From Botryllus schlosseri (taxonomy: Eukaryota), in assembly GCA_051294905.1 (NCBI GenBank), contig CM119372.1, positions 26,724,001 through 26,788,000 of the forward strand: a stretch of 64,000 nucleotides of DNA, in the 5' to 3' direction. Position 1 is the first letter of the stretch, and every line of letters begins with the position of its first letter. Shown piece after piece: positions 39,243 through 52,608 of the stretch. The position numbers and the translations under genes were made by a program. Under the pieces are notes generated by a model. The model ran no database searches and was not told where the DNA came from. It was given only the letters and a program-made list of their open reading frames with translations.

Positions 39243-40342
39243 CTACAGCGACCGCGGACGACTCATTTGGTCCGCGTTGGTGACCCCTGTACTAGAGATA
39301 TTTGAATCGCAAAGCTCGAAAAACATTTACAAGAATTAATTGAATTCTCGAAAATGCTCTATAATATATGTTGGTTTACGAAATACTTTCGAGTCCCCTT
39401 CGAGCACGCTCCCCACTCTATTAAGGAATTTGGGGCGCGGCAGGTAAAGACCTGGCAATAATGCAAATCGTTGGATGCGATAAATCATGCACTATAAAGT
39501 TGTGCAATTGATATATTATGACGTAATAAGCAAATGACGCAAGATGTATGAAGAAAGTTGATATCTCATTAAGCCTTTTCATCGCAATCCTTGTATTGCC
39601 TTCCCATATATCATTTAAGATTATAGTCCTAAGCAAAACAAATGTAATCGTGAGTAATCGTGATTACTTTTTCAATGTAATCGTAATCGTAATCGACTAC
39701 TTCCTGATTTTGCTGTAATCGTAATCGTAATCGTAATCGCGTGATTCCGAAGTAATCGTAATCGCAATCGATTACATTCATAAAGTAATCACCCCATGTC
39801 TGATATATATATTGATGGTTTCGCTCAATATGCGGTGCTCATTTTCGCCCAAGGTTTTATTCGGTAACACACTTCGCGACGTCGCATGTTGGCCAAAACT
39901 TCGGCATTCTTGGTGTGTCGTGGAGCGGTAATGTCCGGCGCTGACAAGCATTCTTTTTTTGGATAAATGATGCGTATTTTTTTCTCCAGGCGCTACCCGA
40001 AGAAACTTTTGAAGTTGTAGGAAATCTCCCCTAAATACCGTGAAATTTATGATGATTTTCGAAATAATGCTGCAGCAACATATTCGCGAATACAAGTTTA
40101 TAACAATCAAAGCTCGGTGCGCCATTGGTTTCTGATTTAGTTTATGGTCACTGGTCCAGTACGTTTGGGCTAACCTCAACTATGGTAATAGAAGGAATTA
40201 GACATCAAAACCGCTGAAATATCAATATGCTACGTGTTACCATTGTACATGATTATTTTGACCATCCAGCTCGTAGTTTAAGCTCTGTGAATAGTACGAA
40301 TTTCATATTTGTGAAGTCCCTCAAAAGTGATAACTGATAACT

Positions 40343-40859
40343 AGGGCGATTTCTTTTTACCCAAAGAACGACATATTTTGACCTAAATAATCAAGATTGT
40401 GACATTTTTTTTTGATCTTAAAAAACTTAATTTTGACAATATTTTGACCTCATGTATGCAAATGAGGTGTTTTCGCACATAATGTTAGAATAGTACTACT
40501 TATCTTCATTTCTGTTTGGAACTGTCTGTCCTTTGACCTTAAAAAACTTTTTTGACCTGAAAACTGACAATTTTTTACATGAAAAAAAAACTTATTTTTA
40601 ACAAAATCTGAACCTATGAAGAATTCCAGTAGTCACATCATGCATTATGGTAGAAATAATAAAACTTTGTTGTATTACAACGAAAGATACTTTCCTACAT
40701 TTTCGGGTAGAAAGTGTCTGTCCTACTATCCTAGCTTGCCAATAATGAAGAAAGAACGTTCAACAACAGCAGCCGTTGTTGGCTGGCAGTACGGAAGTTG
40801 TACGTACACTGCTGGAGACAGCACACCGTGTTGCTTCATTCTGACAATGTTGTCTACAT
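40343..40859 (-). mobile_element. 3' end of a hAT-like element, inverted homolog of about 55340-55877
   Basis: Reverse-complement similarity including QPTTAAVERSF. Continues at 42444-42480 beyond the inserted MITE. Confidence 0.7.
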
Positions 40860-42443
40860 CAGTGCTCTTCAACCGGGGTTGTCGTACACCCTAGGGTGTA
40901 CCAGAATTTGCAAAGGGTGTACCACTCGGATGGGGTGTACAGGGGTGTACCAGATACGAATTACAATGAGCCGATGGCTAGCCATCACAAAGGCAGGTTT
41001 ATGGGCCATTGGGCCAGTACAAGTTGACGCACAGGTTAATGAGCAATACTGTACACCGCTTGATTTCGATGTCATAAGCAAATATTTCGCCTATTCATTT
41101 AGCCGTCGGCAACAGACCAATGGTTCAGTTTGGTGTTGGAAAGTATGCAGTTAACAAACATGTGTTCAGCCAGTCATTTGTCTTCTAGTGATTTTTGAGG
41201 GAACCGCCGCGATAGCTCAGACTTTTTGAATCGGTACTTCCAACCGACGTTAATAAATACTGCAATGCACATAAATGAAGTGACGTAGCCAGCCATGGTC
41301 GAAACATCTTCCATGTTGAAATCGAAACCCTATTGTTTTAAAATGCCGATTTTATGTCCAATATTTCGCCATACATTTGCAATTTAGTTTTTATTAATAT
41401 TAATGCACAACATTTCAGTGACGCTTATTGCCATTTGCATCACGACATCGATATTGTAAGTGTTCAGTTTCAATGATATTGTTAGTGTTCAGTTTCAATG
41501 ACTCTCTCACATCCATCCATCCATCCATCCATCCATTGGTCTCTGGTGCCGACATTGTATAGCGTGGCTTACTGTGAGTCCGGGCTTTTTGGAGACACTG
41601 TTAGTACAGCGGGATCAGCGATGAGGAGCCCAGAAAACCTCTAGCCTAAACTAGGGCTCGAACCAGCCACCATTGATGTCGTCGCGCAGTCGTTTTACAC
41701 ACTGTGCCACTCGCCTCCCCATTTGCAATTTAGTATTTTGTTATTAGTGGTGAAAATTAGCGAAAAATTGACCGTGTGTATAGCGGCGTACGATCTGAGG
41801 TTACTGACATATCTTGCAGCCCAAGTGCTACTATCGACTGTGTGTGGTGTGGGGCAGGCCTGATGCGTAGTAGGCTAGTGCGCCTGCTATCATCGCTGAT
41901 CTGAATTACCGCTTCTGCAGCAGTAACTTTACCTACTCTCTCCTTAATACTGTTACATTTAGGTTGATTATCGTTCGTAATGTCATGCTGTTTTTGGGCT
42001 GACACGAAATAAATTCAAATTTGCGTGGCGGGCGGCTTAACTGGCTGCGAATAGACTATGTGACCAAAAACTATTTTATTCAAATCCAAATTTTTGACGG
42101 CAATAACTCCGCTTCTACTGGTTGGAATTAAACAAAATTTGAAGAACATCGTTTTTATAGACAACCTAATACTTTCATGGGTGAACAGAAAAATTTCAAA
42201 TTTTTCGGTATTTATTTTATGTAATAAATACAAGCTTTCTTCTCCCGTAGCAATGCGGCTACCGGTTAGAATGGAACCAAATTTGGTGTGTAGGCTTAAA
42301 TTAGGTAACCTAACAATTTTATCAAGTAGCCAGTACGATTTGAGAAAAAACGTCATTTTTGAAGCCCCTAATGAACAGGGGTGTACGAGTTTTGAGCAAA
42401 CGTTGAAAGGGTGTACCACGTCGAAAAAGGTTGAAGAGCACTG
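40860..42443. mobile_element. hAT-type MITE with gggtgtac subterminal motifs
   Basis: TIR cagtgctcttcaacc and perfect TSD gtctacat. Confidence 0.9.
41510..41719 (-). mobile_element. Second tRNA-derived SINE family with (GGAT)n tail
   Basis: Minus strand head gggaggcgagtggcacagtg (A box) ... ggttcgagccc (B box). (catc)n at about 41510-41536. Confidence 0.7.
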
Positions 42444-43007
42444 GTCTACATCACAATTTTCCATCATGCGCTTCTTATATACGAATTATAAAATTATATA
42501 TACGAACCAATGCCCACATTGCCCAAATCTTTCACTATCATCAAGGCAGCGTGTCCAAAAAGTTTGAGAACCGCTACTCTAGCATATTACTATCAAATAC
42601 ACGATTGCATTGATCTTTGTGTTACCGCGATAAGCTTGATGTATAGCTGTGGTAAACCACTGTTCATCTTTTATGTTATTCTGTATACAAGGCAGAAACG
42701 TGTCCAAAATGCTTATGATATTGCAGATGTTGCTGATATCACCATGGCAATGAGCATTAACGAAACTACCAAAGTGATGAGCAGCCCCGGTTTGCAAATC
42801 GTTAATTCTGGTGAGATCAAAGATCGCAATGAATCATAATAGCCTCAACAACAACAATTGATACCGACCCTTTTGTAACAGGTGCTTCATGGCAGCTTTA
42901 GCAGAAATTGCGCTGCTATCAATTTATGATACGTCACAATCCGTGGTACTTATGAGTAGACCTGTCGGACGCAATCGAGCTACAGGCCAAATTTCCATTA
43001 TTATAGG

Positions 43008-44402
43008 CAGGGTTGCCATACCGTCCTTATTTATAAGATTTGTTCTTATTTTGAAGGGCCACGTCTTAGAAAACTCAACTGTCCTTATTTCTAATAAATG
43101 TCCTTATTTTCGACTTGCGTCCTTATTTTGTCTTATTTTCAACCACTACAGAACTTCGATTGTTTTCCTCTGGTATCTGTGTTGCATAATATTATAAAAT
43201 TATGCTTTTGCGTCGAGATTTCATGACATCATAAATGAAAGAAACTGTCGTGACGTACACACAACAAGATTTGACTTCTAAGTTGTGAGATAGTTAGGGC
43301 AGTGAGTGGTGGTTTAGCAGTTTCGTCTGTACCAAGCTACCGCAGCGGACGTCATTTTAGCAGTAAACACCAATACCAGGTTCCTGCTGTTTGGTCCACA
43401 GCAGAATAAGCTCAAGCTGTGGGGAAGGCAGCACTTATTGCGTAGTGAAAAAAGGCGCAGTGCAGTCGACACATTGGTTAAACAGTAGTGAAGCTGTGAT
43501 TTTTTGATATATTTATCTAAATTATATTGCACTTGCATGCGCATATAGTTTTAACTACTAAGGCTAAATCTGATTAGTTGAAATGAGCAGGCGTATAAAC
43601 GTTTTTCGTGACGATTATGAGAGAGAATTCAAACGTAGCCTATCTAACGAAGCTTGAAGGGCGAGTCTTTCGCATATTGCAATATCTGCAAATGTGACAT
43701 TAACCTGGAGGCCACAGGAAAGACCGGTATTTCAACTCACATACCCCAAGCGCAAGAAGTGTGTCATAATGATTAATTTGAGCCAGTCGATGAATAATTT
43801 TTCCACAAGTCGATCAGCACCTACGACCACAGACTACAAGGCAGCTGCTGCAGAGGGTACCTGGGCATTCCATACTGTCAAACACCAGCAACCATTCCTC
43901 GCCAACGATTGCACATCGCAATTGTTCAAGCAATATTCCCCGATTCCAACATCGCAAATAAGTTTTTTTTCGGCCAGGACCAAGACTATAAGCATTGTTA
44001 TTGAAGTTAGTTCTTGCTCCATACGCTCAAAAAATGATTTTGTCTAAACTTGGTATACGGCCTTTTCCATCCTGGTTGACGCCTCTAATCACAACGAGGT
44101 GAAGAAATGTGGTTTATCACCCTATGGGGGACCCAAGACTAACGTTTGTTTTGTAGGGGGGGGGGCTGACGAAGTGCTGTTTCGGCCCTGAGCAAAGGTA
44201 AACCTAGACCTGCGCTGTCATGAGAACCATGAAGCACTTTCTAATAACAAGGAGTTGCTGAAGCAGATTGTTTCTGGCGAAAAGTATGGACTGTGGTATT
44301 CCCCGGCTCGTAGAAATGCAAAGTATGTACAAAAACGATTTTTCATGCTAATCATATTTTTCGACTGTCCTTATTTTTGGGTCCATGTCGATGGCAACCC
44401 TG
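43008..44402 (+). mobile_element. Internally deleted hAT element (Blackjack-like) with N-terminal transposase remnant
   Basis: TIR cagggttgccat, perfect TSD attatagg and gtccttatt subterminal repeats. Remnant at about 43580-44105: AYCNICKCDI, AAAEGTWAFHTVKH, DCTSQLF, SARTKT, FSILVDASNH. Confidence 0.88.
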
Positions 44403-45689
44403 ATTATAGGATTAGTAGCTTACTATTGGGACATGTGTTAAGGAAGACGAAAATAGCAAACACAAGGCTAACGTACCTGTTCGGTATATGTGAACTTAAT
44501 AATTCGGAGATTCCTGTTCGCTGCAGATTAATCTCGCTTTGTTCGTAAAAAGAAATTTTTTTCAAAACCATCTGTATTTTAAACAAAAATATGACCACTC
44601 CAGGTTAAATTCGAGTACATTTAAATTTTGAATTGTTTCTTGCCTTTTGTCGGCGACACGAAACAGGCCAAAATCCAGACCCAAGTTATCATGGATATGG
44701 CAAAAGCATGAATAAGTCTGACTCCTAAATGAGAGCGCTGAGCGCTAACACAATTGAATCGCTTTCATTCCTTATCACCTAGAGCTGAGTGTGGCGGGAT
44801 GTGGTATAATTCACGACTACAACACCAATGGGGTTAGGGCTCGAGTCTGGAGGTCGTGTTATCATGCAAGACCGGAATCTGTCTGCGAGCTGCTCAAAAT
44901 CCCGTCGCGGGCCAGATCCGGCCCACGCACCGTATGTTGCCCGCCCCCGTGCTAAATGCTTGCTTTTGATTGAGATTGGCCAGTTTCTGACCCTCATTAT
45001 GTTTTCTAAACCCCAGCTGTTGTTCTGTTGTTCACAATCAGATTTTGTGTTGAATGCAGACTTCAAAATGTGCAACATGTCTTCAGAGTATAAACGTATG
45101 TAAAATTGCTATTTATTACTTTTACATGCCCATTATGGTTGACAATGCACGGCTTCGTACTGAAACGACGGACTAACGCAGTGGTTCTCAACCTTTTTGT
45201 CTTCACGGACCCGTTTGGCCGTCAGAGACCCCCGCGGACCCCCTGACGTTTTCGTTCAAATTTGGCTCAACCGTGATGTTACTTGTGCAAAATTTAACCA
45301 TTGGATAGTGATAAGCAGCAACAAAATGATTTATCTCGTAAATAATATCATACTTTATGTAGAAATTGCAGCGATTTTTCTTATTTCAAAGATAATTTTG
45401 CAGGTGCATTTATTGAAATAAGTGATGGTGTCCTGATATCCTTCGCTGAAAACCCGAGTGCTGAAAATCCATTTCCACAAAGATAGATGGTGGCGATGTA
45501 ATATTTGCTCGTAACGCTTCCGACGGGTTCCCAACCCACGCGGCCCGCAGACGCTTATTTTGCGGCCCACAACGTCGTCGATTATGAAAGCAATTACCAC
45601 CGATATGGTATTGTCGGTATTGTTACATGTTAATTTAGCTACTTAGCTTTCTCATCGCGCCTCATCGAGCCGTCTTGTTTATTGATAAC

Positions 45690-46164
45690 TAGGGCAAGTT
45701 TTTGTTGCAGTTAAATCCGTGGAAAGTTGCATTTATTTTTGACAAAAGTTGCAGTAAAAAGTTACATTTATTTTTTCACAAAAGTTGCACTAAAAGACCA
45801 CATTTTGCCCGGTTGACTAAAAAAAAAAGGTCAACTTCCCAGTTTGACTAAAAATAAAAAAGAAGGTCAATTTTCCGGCTCAGCTCCCGAAATACCCGTA
45901 AGAGCGTTGCTTCAGTGTTGATTCACGATATTTCAGTCGAATTTGGCCGTGTATTTCACCAAAATCAAAAATACTTTCATCAAAAATCAAAAAGATGCAA
46001 AATGTTGCAGAAAGTTGCATGAAAAAAACGGACAAAAGTTGCAAAAGGTTGCACTATAAGATTCCTTCAAACAGCTTAAAACAGCATTCTACATATCTTA
46101 CGAGTATTTAGGAAGCTTCCGGAAGCTGTAAAAAAAGTTGCAAAAGTTGCCAAAACTTGCCCTA
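45690..46164. mobile_element. MITE with aaagttgca repeats
   Basis: TIR tagggcaagtttt and perfect TSD ttgataac. Confidence 0.9.
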
Positions 46165-47577
46165 TTGATAACTTATTCTGGTTTCTTGATATGCTCGAGT
46201 TGAAATTGGTACTATATTGATAAATCGGTATTCTTCTGGACTCTGGTTTACGAGAATACCGCTGGGTAACTTGAACAGATCGCGCCAAGGAAAGGGAAAT
46301 TTCGCAGAGATAAATGGAAACTCGATGTGTTTTATTTGTCGAAGGACAGTTGTCGTAACGAAGCGAGGAAGTTTAAAACGACATCACCGTCAGTTTTATT
46401 AGGACTTTAAAAATACATATCCACCTCCTCTGAGGAAAACATCGTTTCTAGTTAAGTGTCAAGCCCAGTAATTCATACTTCGGAACATTGTTACAATCGC
46501 CGACAACGTTACAAAGGCATAGTTCATAATTGCTTGGAATATTGCTTTAAGCAAGAAGTCAGCTTGAGTTGATGGGTTTTGAGAGAACTTTAGCAGACTG
46601 TGCAAAATGGATGGATTGGTTTGCTCAAACGAGATCCCGAAACCCCAGACTTCTTCTCACCATGGAAAACTGAATGGGATAGAATGGTAACTGCGTGGCC
46701 TGTCAATCATTTACGGTCGGATGATAGTGAGCATGAAGCAAAGTCGCGCTAGTCACGAAACCTTGACAAAGTTGGAATTGATAAATTTCTGTTGTCTGTT
46801 GCCGATCGGTTGTAGCATTTGACCTTATATCTATATGGTTTGCAGATCTGTGTTGGTGCTTATTTACAGCTACCGAATATTGGAAATGCCTGCAAACAGT
46901 TGTGCCGCCAAAAAAATAGTAATTCAGCCAGTGCCAGTGCCGGTGATATCAAAGCTAGATATTCATAATTATTTGACGCAATCCTGTGACTGATACGTTG
47001 TTTATTTTATGGACCATTTATTGCGTTTTCAAGAGCCGAAATATGTGATCGATATTTCCGGCCAGAAGATATTATATAGCGGCAGGTGCTGCTGGCCTAT
47101 GGGAAACGTCGGCTGAAGTTGGGAGAGATACTTTGCATCAGTTTGCTTTGAAATTCCACATCATTCTCTTCCCCACCACTGAAAGAGCAAGCGCCCAGAA
47201 ATGCATGTGATGAAAAAACTCTTTTTATGTTGCACGATTAAAAAGGGACCTGTCTCATACTCAAGGTAGGTCAAATTTCTAATCATACTCAAGGTAGGTC
47301 AAATTTATAATCAAGTTGAAGGCTAATTTGTGGCTCAATCACTGTTTAATAGGTGGCTGGGTAGCCTGTAATATGAGAAGAAAGGAGAGCTTTTTATCTT
47401 GATTTAGAGGAAGCTGGTCATATTATACCTAAAATTAGGTCAGTTTTGAATTTGCTACTCCAAAGCCAGCAGGCATCTACAAATAAATAAACTAAAAAAT
47501 GTTTGAGCTGCTTTCAAATGCAAGTTTATAAATTGAAAACAACTCCTACGCTTTTTGCAATGCTGTAGGCTACATGG

Positions 47578-48480
47578 CAGTGTTGGGATGACTCGAGTCA
47601 TGACTTGACTCGAGTCACCTATTTCGTATGACTCGACTTGACTCGAGTCACTTTGCTAAAATGACTTGACTTGACTCGGCGTTTCAGAAATGTGGATTGA
47701 CTCGAGACTCGGAGCAAAATTTACGAGTCAATTTCAAGTCAGCAAGTAATCGGTGTCGATAAAAATCACTGTGACTTGCTTTCTTGCATATGTTCGGATT
47801 GTGCGCGAAACGCTTGTGTAACCCGTGAGAGCGACCAACCATTCAATGATCGTGCTTTTCACTGAGCCTCCATTGTTCTCTCACAAATCAATCGACCACA
47901 AACGAAGTGATCGAAGCTTATAGCTTACGTTGTCGCAAACACGTAGTAAAGTAATAAAATAGAAAAATCTCAATTTCTGTGCTCTGCTTTTACTTTAACC
48001 AAACCTCTTGTTTTATTGAAATTGAGCTCGGTTATAGTTTATATAGTCCTCAACCATTGGCGCAGGCTCGAATTGTATCATATCAATTTGTAATCGGGTG
48101 ATGTATTGCATCTTATCAATTCTTTTCTCTATTCGCCATTCTTTATTTTGGCTCGTAACTATAAACTGAGGCTATGCAATTACTTAAGTAGTTTAACAGT
48201 TCTACGTATATGTGAGCGATACAGCACCCTCTTGCGTGTTTATTTAACTCTATATTCGTTAATCGGTTCGGAATCAATGACCACTCAATCTGTATCTCAG
48301 ACAGCTAGCAAAATGCAATGACGTAATCATGCATCATACTTCGAAAAGGCAACTTGACTTCAATTGTGACTTGACTTGACTCGAGTCACCTTGGAAAATC
48401 AATTGACTTGACTCGAGTCAAAATGTGAAATGACTCGAAATGACTCATGACTCGAAGGTAGTGACTTGATCCCAACACTG
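47578..48480. mobile_element. MITE with gactcgagtc/gacttg subterminal repeats
   Basis: TIR cagtgttgggat and perfect TSD ctacatgg. A related degraded element lies at about 19690-20057. Confidence 0.92.
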
Positions 48481-48996
48481 CTACATGGTTGAGGCGCATT
48501 ATAGATTCTATACCAATTTATTTACATATATATATCTATATCAAAAATGTGACCAGTTTATGCCAGCTCTGATCACTTTTGTCCTATCATTACAGGATGA
48601 GGTCTGTCGAAGAAAATTGAAGGGTCAAATGCCGGTTCCTCCTCCACGCATGACACTAATAATGTTTGGACTATATCTATGAAGGACCCATTGTCAAGAA
48701 GAAGAAAGTGTTGTAATTCATAGTCATTTCACCACAAAGTGAGGTAGTCGACGAATTCTTGCATTTAAAATTGTGATAGGCACTTCTATTTTCTCGCATA
48801 CCACTGCATAACTGTACTGGTATTCAGACCAAGGATTACCGCAATGGCCACAATAGATGATCATCATGGATGCTGACCATCCAAGTTGATACCATTTTCC
48901 CCCTTTACTCCATATTAATATAGCTGTAATCGCCACAGTCTATGGTATATCTTGGTCAGTCTGCTAATTTCTTACGAGGTTTTCTTGACATGTAGG

Positions 48997-49362
48997 TAGG
49001 GTTACCATACGTCCTCCTTTTTCAGGTTTTTGAAAATGTCCTCCGAGGATGCCTAAATATCCTACTTTTTGGCAATTCGTCCTCCTTTACAGCTTATTAA
49101 GCTAAGATAAATGACGCTAAATAGCTAATACAGACGTTCGAGCGGAAGTCACAACCTCTTTTTAGTCAAGACCACTGATATTAAGTAAAAAGGACGTAAA
49201 TCGGTAGTCGAACGAAAGTGATGACCATTTTTTATTTCTTATTGAACTCGCCAAATTTTAGAGCAAAAAATAGCGAAATCGGCTGTTTTCAGTATTGGTC
49301 AACTAACTGTTCTGATTTGGTCAAAGTGTCCTCCTTCCCGATTTCAAAATATGGTACCCCTT
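48997..49362. mobile_element. Blackjack-like hAT MITE
   Basis: tagggttaccata/tatggtacccctt ends and perfect TSD catgtagg. A related fragment lies at about 17925-18140. Confidence 0.85.
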
Positions 49363-51429
49363 CATGTAGGGATATTCGTGCTGTACTGTTACTAAGTAGC
49401 AATCAAGGTGCAGCTAGAGACAAACAATTTCACTCAGGTCAATATTATTGCATCACTTGTTCCAGTCACAGATGATCACTGACCAGCCACACAACGCCAC
49501 GGACCGTGCAAGCAGATCACAAAATCCGATGATGAAGAACCTCTAAGACTGTCACCCAACCCATTTGCTGGATATGAAAGGGTCATGGCGACGAGGAGAT
49601 CTTTCATTTTAACCGGGTTCATACTTTGGTCTCCCTGGTGTTTTCATGCACTAATCAGCTCACTTCCAGTTGTGCCCTGATAGCTCTGCGTAACCGGTCC
49701 AACATCTAGCGAATGGCTGATAAATATATACAATACCACACATGACTGTTTGGAGTTTCTAATTTATTCAACAGATGAGACATTGAAGGATTGCATGCCT
49801 AGATATAAATAGCAGTCAACAATGCCGCAAGACAGGTGGTGATATAGGCTACTGTTGTATCCTTTAACTGTGGTAGGCATCGCCATCAAACTGTGACACT
49901 GCAATCACATATTTGCAATGAGATGTCAATCTTTAGCATCGCAGAGAGACAGTAAGCAGTATAGATAGGACATGTCAGTCAAATCTGAAAATATACCAAA
50001 TTAGAAACTATTCAAGGACGCTGGCGCTGAATTACAATATACTGTAAGGCTAGTGTTTTGTCCAGATTCACTAACACTCCATTGTACGCTTCATGCCACC
50101 AATTTTGAAGTTACAAACATTGTGAAACACTGCGGTATCATTTATGATCAAGATTTTCCCTTCAAATCACCACTTATGCCCACATCGCTCTGTTGATACT
50201 GCTGGTGAAGTTGAATACGTATGAACTTTTGACAATTCTGTCCTGCAAAATTGGAAAATTCATCAACTTTGAGGATTTGCAGCTTTCCCTTGTAAACTGC
50301 CTGCACACCAGTGGTTCTCGAACGTTTTTCAACACGCCCACCTTGATGATAGGGAAAAATGTCATATCAAAAATCTAATATAAGCTCCCCGGCCTTCTGC
50401 TCCATCGAGAGATTAACTTGTCAGCGGGCTAGTGTTATTTGTAAAATATTCAAGCAAAGATCAGTCTAACTGGTCATCGCCATCAGCCATGTATCCTAAA
50501 ATATCACTCTCCCTTTCCGAAATATTGGCAGACACTAATGACTCTAGCTGAGGTGGCTTTATTCGAGTAAGCCCTATAAATTATCCTTTCCACGAGCTCA
50601 AGTAAAAATTTAGCAGAGAGAAGCTTGTCGCTTGATTTTGTGAATATTATTAGATCACTGCAAACCTTACTGTGGCTCATTACAATATCATCTGGATTCC
50701 CGTAGGAATTCATACTTGTAATCCAACCAGTAGGTAGTTTAATAATTTTCAGAGAGTTATGACGGGTCTTTGAAATCCAATGAGCGCAGCAATGGTGCAA
50801 GATCAACTGGTTTGAAACAAACATGCGGTGCCGTGTCCAACGTCCATGCTTTCTTCAAAGTCGTTGAAGAGAAGTTCATGGACAAGTTACGGAGTACCAT
50901 TCTTCAACATCGCCACTAACGTGGGAGGCCATAATTTCAATAGATATAGGCCTACTGTATAAATGAGTAAGCCGTGTACCTGATGAAATTAAAATAATAA
51001 TGATAAAAACACAGATCCCGATTACTATTTTCCCACTAGTATTATAACCAGGGACGGCGCAACTGTCTGCAGGCATTTCCGATATTCGATAGCTGTAAAT
51101 AAGCACCAATACAGATCTCCAAAACATATAGATATAAAGTCAAATGCTACAACCGATCGGCAAAGACAACAGAAACTTTCTCAATGCCAACTTTGCCAAG
51201 GTTTTGTAACTAGCGCGACCTTGCTTCATGCTCACTATCATCCGACCGTAAATGATTGACAGGCCACGCAGTTACCGTTCCATGCCATTCAGTTTTCCAT
51301 GTTCTCATTGTATTTAGCATGAGACGTGGAGAGCTCAAAGTCACAATGGCCTTTGTGACGAAAACAGTTACCGTAATTTGATACTTGTTCGCTCACGCAT
51401 TGAAAGAGACAGAGTTCAGCGGTGGAGGG

Positions 51430-52608
51430 CAGAGATGCCACTCCTGGGTTTTTCCACCCAGATCTGGGTTTTTTTAGCATCATCTGGGTTTCTGGGTTTT
51501 TATCCTTGAAATCTGGGTTTTTTTCAACATCCAGTTCGCCAGGTAAGTTTTACTTTCGAAAATTAATTATTAGATTAGTATGGTCGCAATATCGTAAAAT
51601 GCACGCACTTGAGTTCGCCATTGTCGATAGATTTTGCTGTTATTGTAACGACAGAGTGTCGAAAATCTATTTCACTACTAAAATGAGAGGCTTCGGCTTG
51701 GTGCGAGGGAGCTTCATTGAATGGTAACTTCCAGGTCGCAGAAAGTCATGTTCATATAGGACGATTGCCAGTAGCGAACTCGGCACTTGGTGAGCAATTC
51801 GGCATGTATCGATAAATGTCATGTAACTGTATGGTATACACAAGCACATGAACAGACCAGGTGATGATCCGACTAATATAATCCTATTGTTATCTGAGTA
51901 TGTTTATAGTTCCAACAGGGACACTCGGGTAGAGAGAGAGAGAGAGGGAGAGAGAGAGAGCGCGCGAGAGAGAGAGAGAGCGAGAGAGCGAGAGAGCGCG
52001 AGAGAGAGAGAGTTAGTTAGTTAGTTGGACACCCCTAGCAAGTTAATAGGAGGCATTGGTTTTCAGCACCTTCGAACCCTAACCCCAAGTCCCTAACCCT
52101 AACTCCTAATTTCATGATTTGGCAGTTATTTATTTCCACTATACATTGGTATGTCTGTGATTACTCCAAATAAAAGTGATTGTCGTAGGATTAATCAATC
52201 GAAAGCTACTTTCAATCTGTTCATGTCTCTGAAAATACATGAAATCATCCTTAGAAATAGGGAATGGATGGCATTGTATTGAACTTTCGCAGCGCGATGA
52301 TATAATTAGTACCGGTACACTATTAAGTATTCACGCTGCGCCCCAATTGTTTCTTCGCGATGTGTCGAGAGGAAAACAACATGTTTTTTGGTGCGATTCG
52401 CAGTGTTAACCAAGCAAAATGTGTATTATGAACTGTTGTAAACTCAATATCAAAGGCTTCAATGACTGTATGAGTGTATTCGACGACTATCAGGCTCCAT
52501 TTTCACAGCTATCTCGTTTTTTTTGACTGAAATATAGGATCTGGGTTTTTCTGGGTTTATTTCGCCTCCAATTCTGGGTTTTTCCGAAATATTCCAGTGG
52601 CATCTCTG
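51430..52608. mobile_element. MITE with ctgggttttt repeats and an internal (GA)n microsatellite
   Basis: TIR cagagatgccact and perfect TSD gtggaggg. (GA)n at about 51931-52011. Confidence 0.92.

Larger units (their letters stand above)
38414..39289. mobile_element. hAT-type MITE carrying a 28S rRNA-derived segment
   Basis: TIR caggggtcaccaac/gttggtgacccctg and TSD tactggag/tactagag. Confidence 0.85.
36909..39802. mobile_element. Non-autonomous DNA transposon with (GTAATC/GATTAC)n subterminal arrays
   Basis: TIR cagacatggggt/accccatgtctg and perfect 8-bp TSD atatatat. Related arrays at 15337-15473 and 20066-20160. Confidence 0.9.
46661..51301. mobile_element. P-superfamily/Galileo-like element with TIRs of about 245 bp and two convergent THAP-type gene remnants
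   Basis: 46661-46907 is the reverse complement of 51056-51301. CATGG termini and 7-bp TSD ttctcac/ttctcat. MPANSCA (ATG 46886, +) and MPADSCAVPGYNTS (ATG 51076, -). ICDRYFRPEDI and KRRLKLGEILCISL at 47041-47145. Confidence 0.78.

Noticed and set aside
52072..52110. Interstitial telomeric (CCCTAA)n
   Set aside because: Only a few degenerate units inside a MITE.
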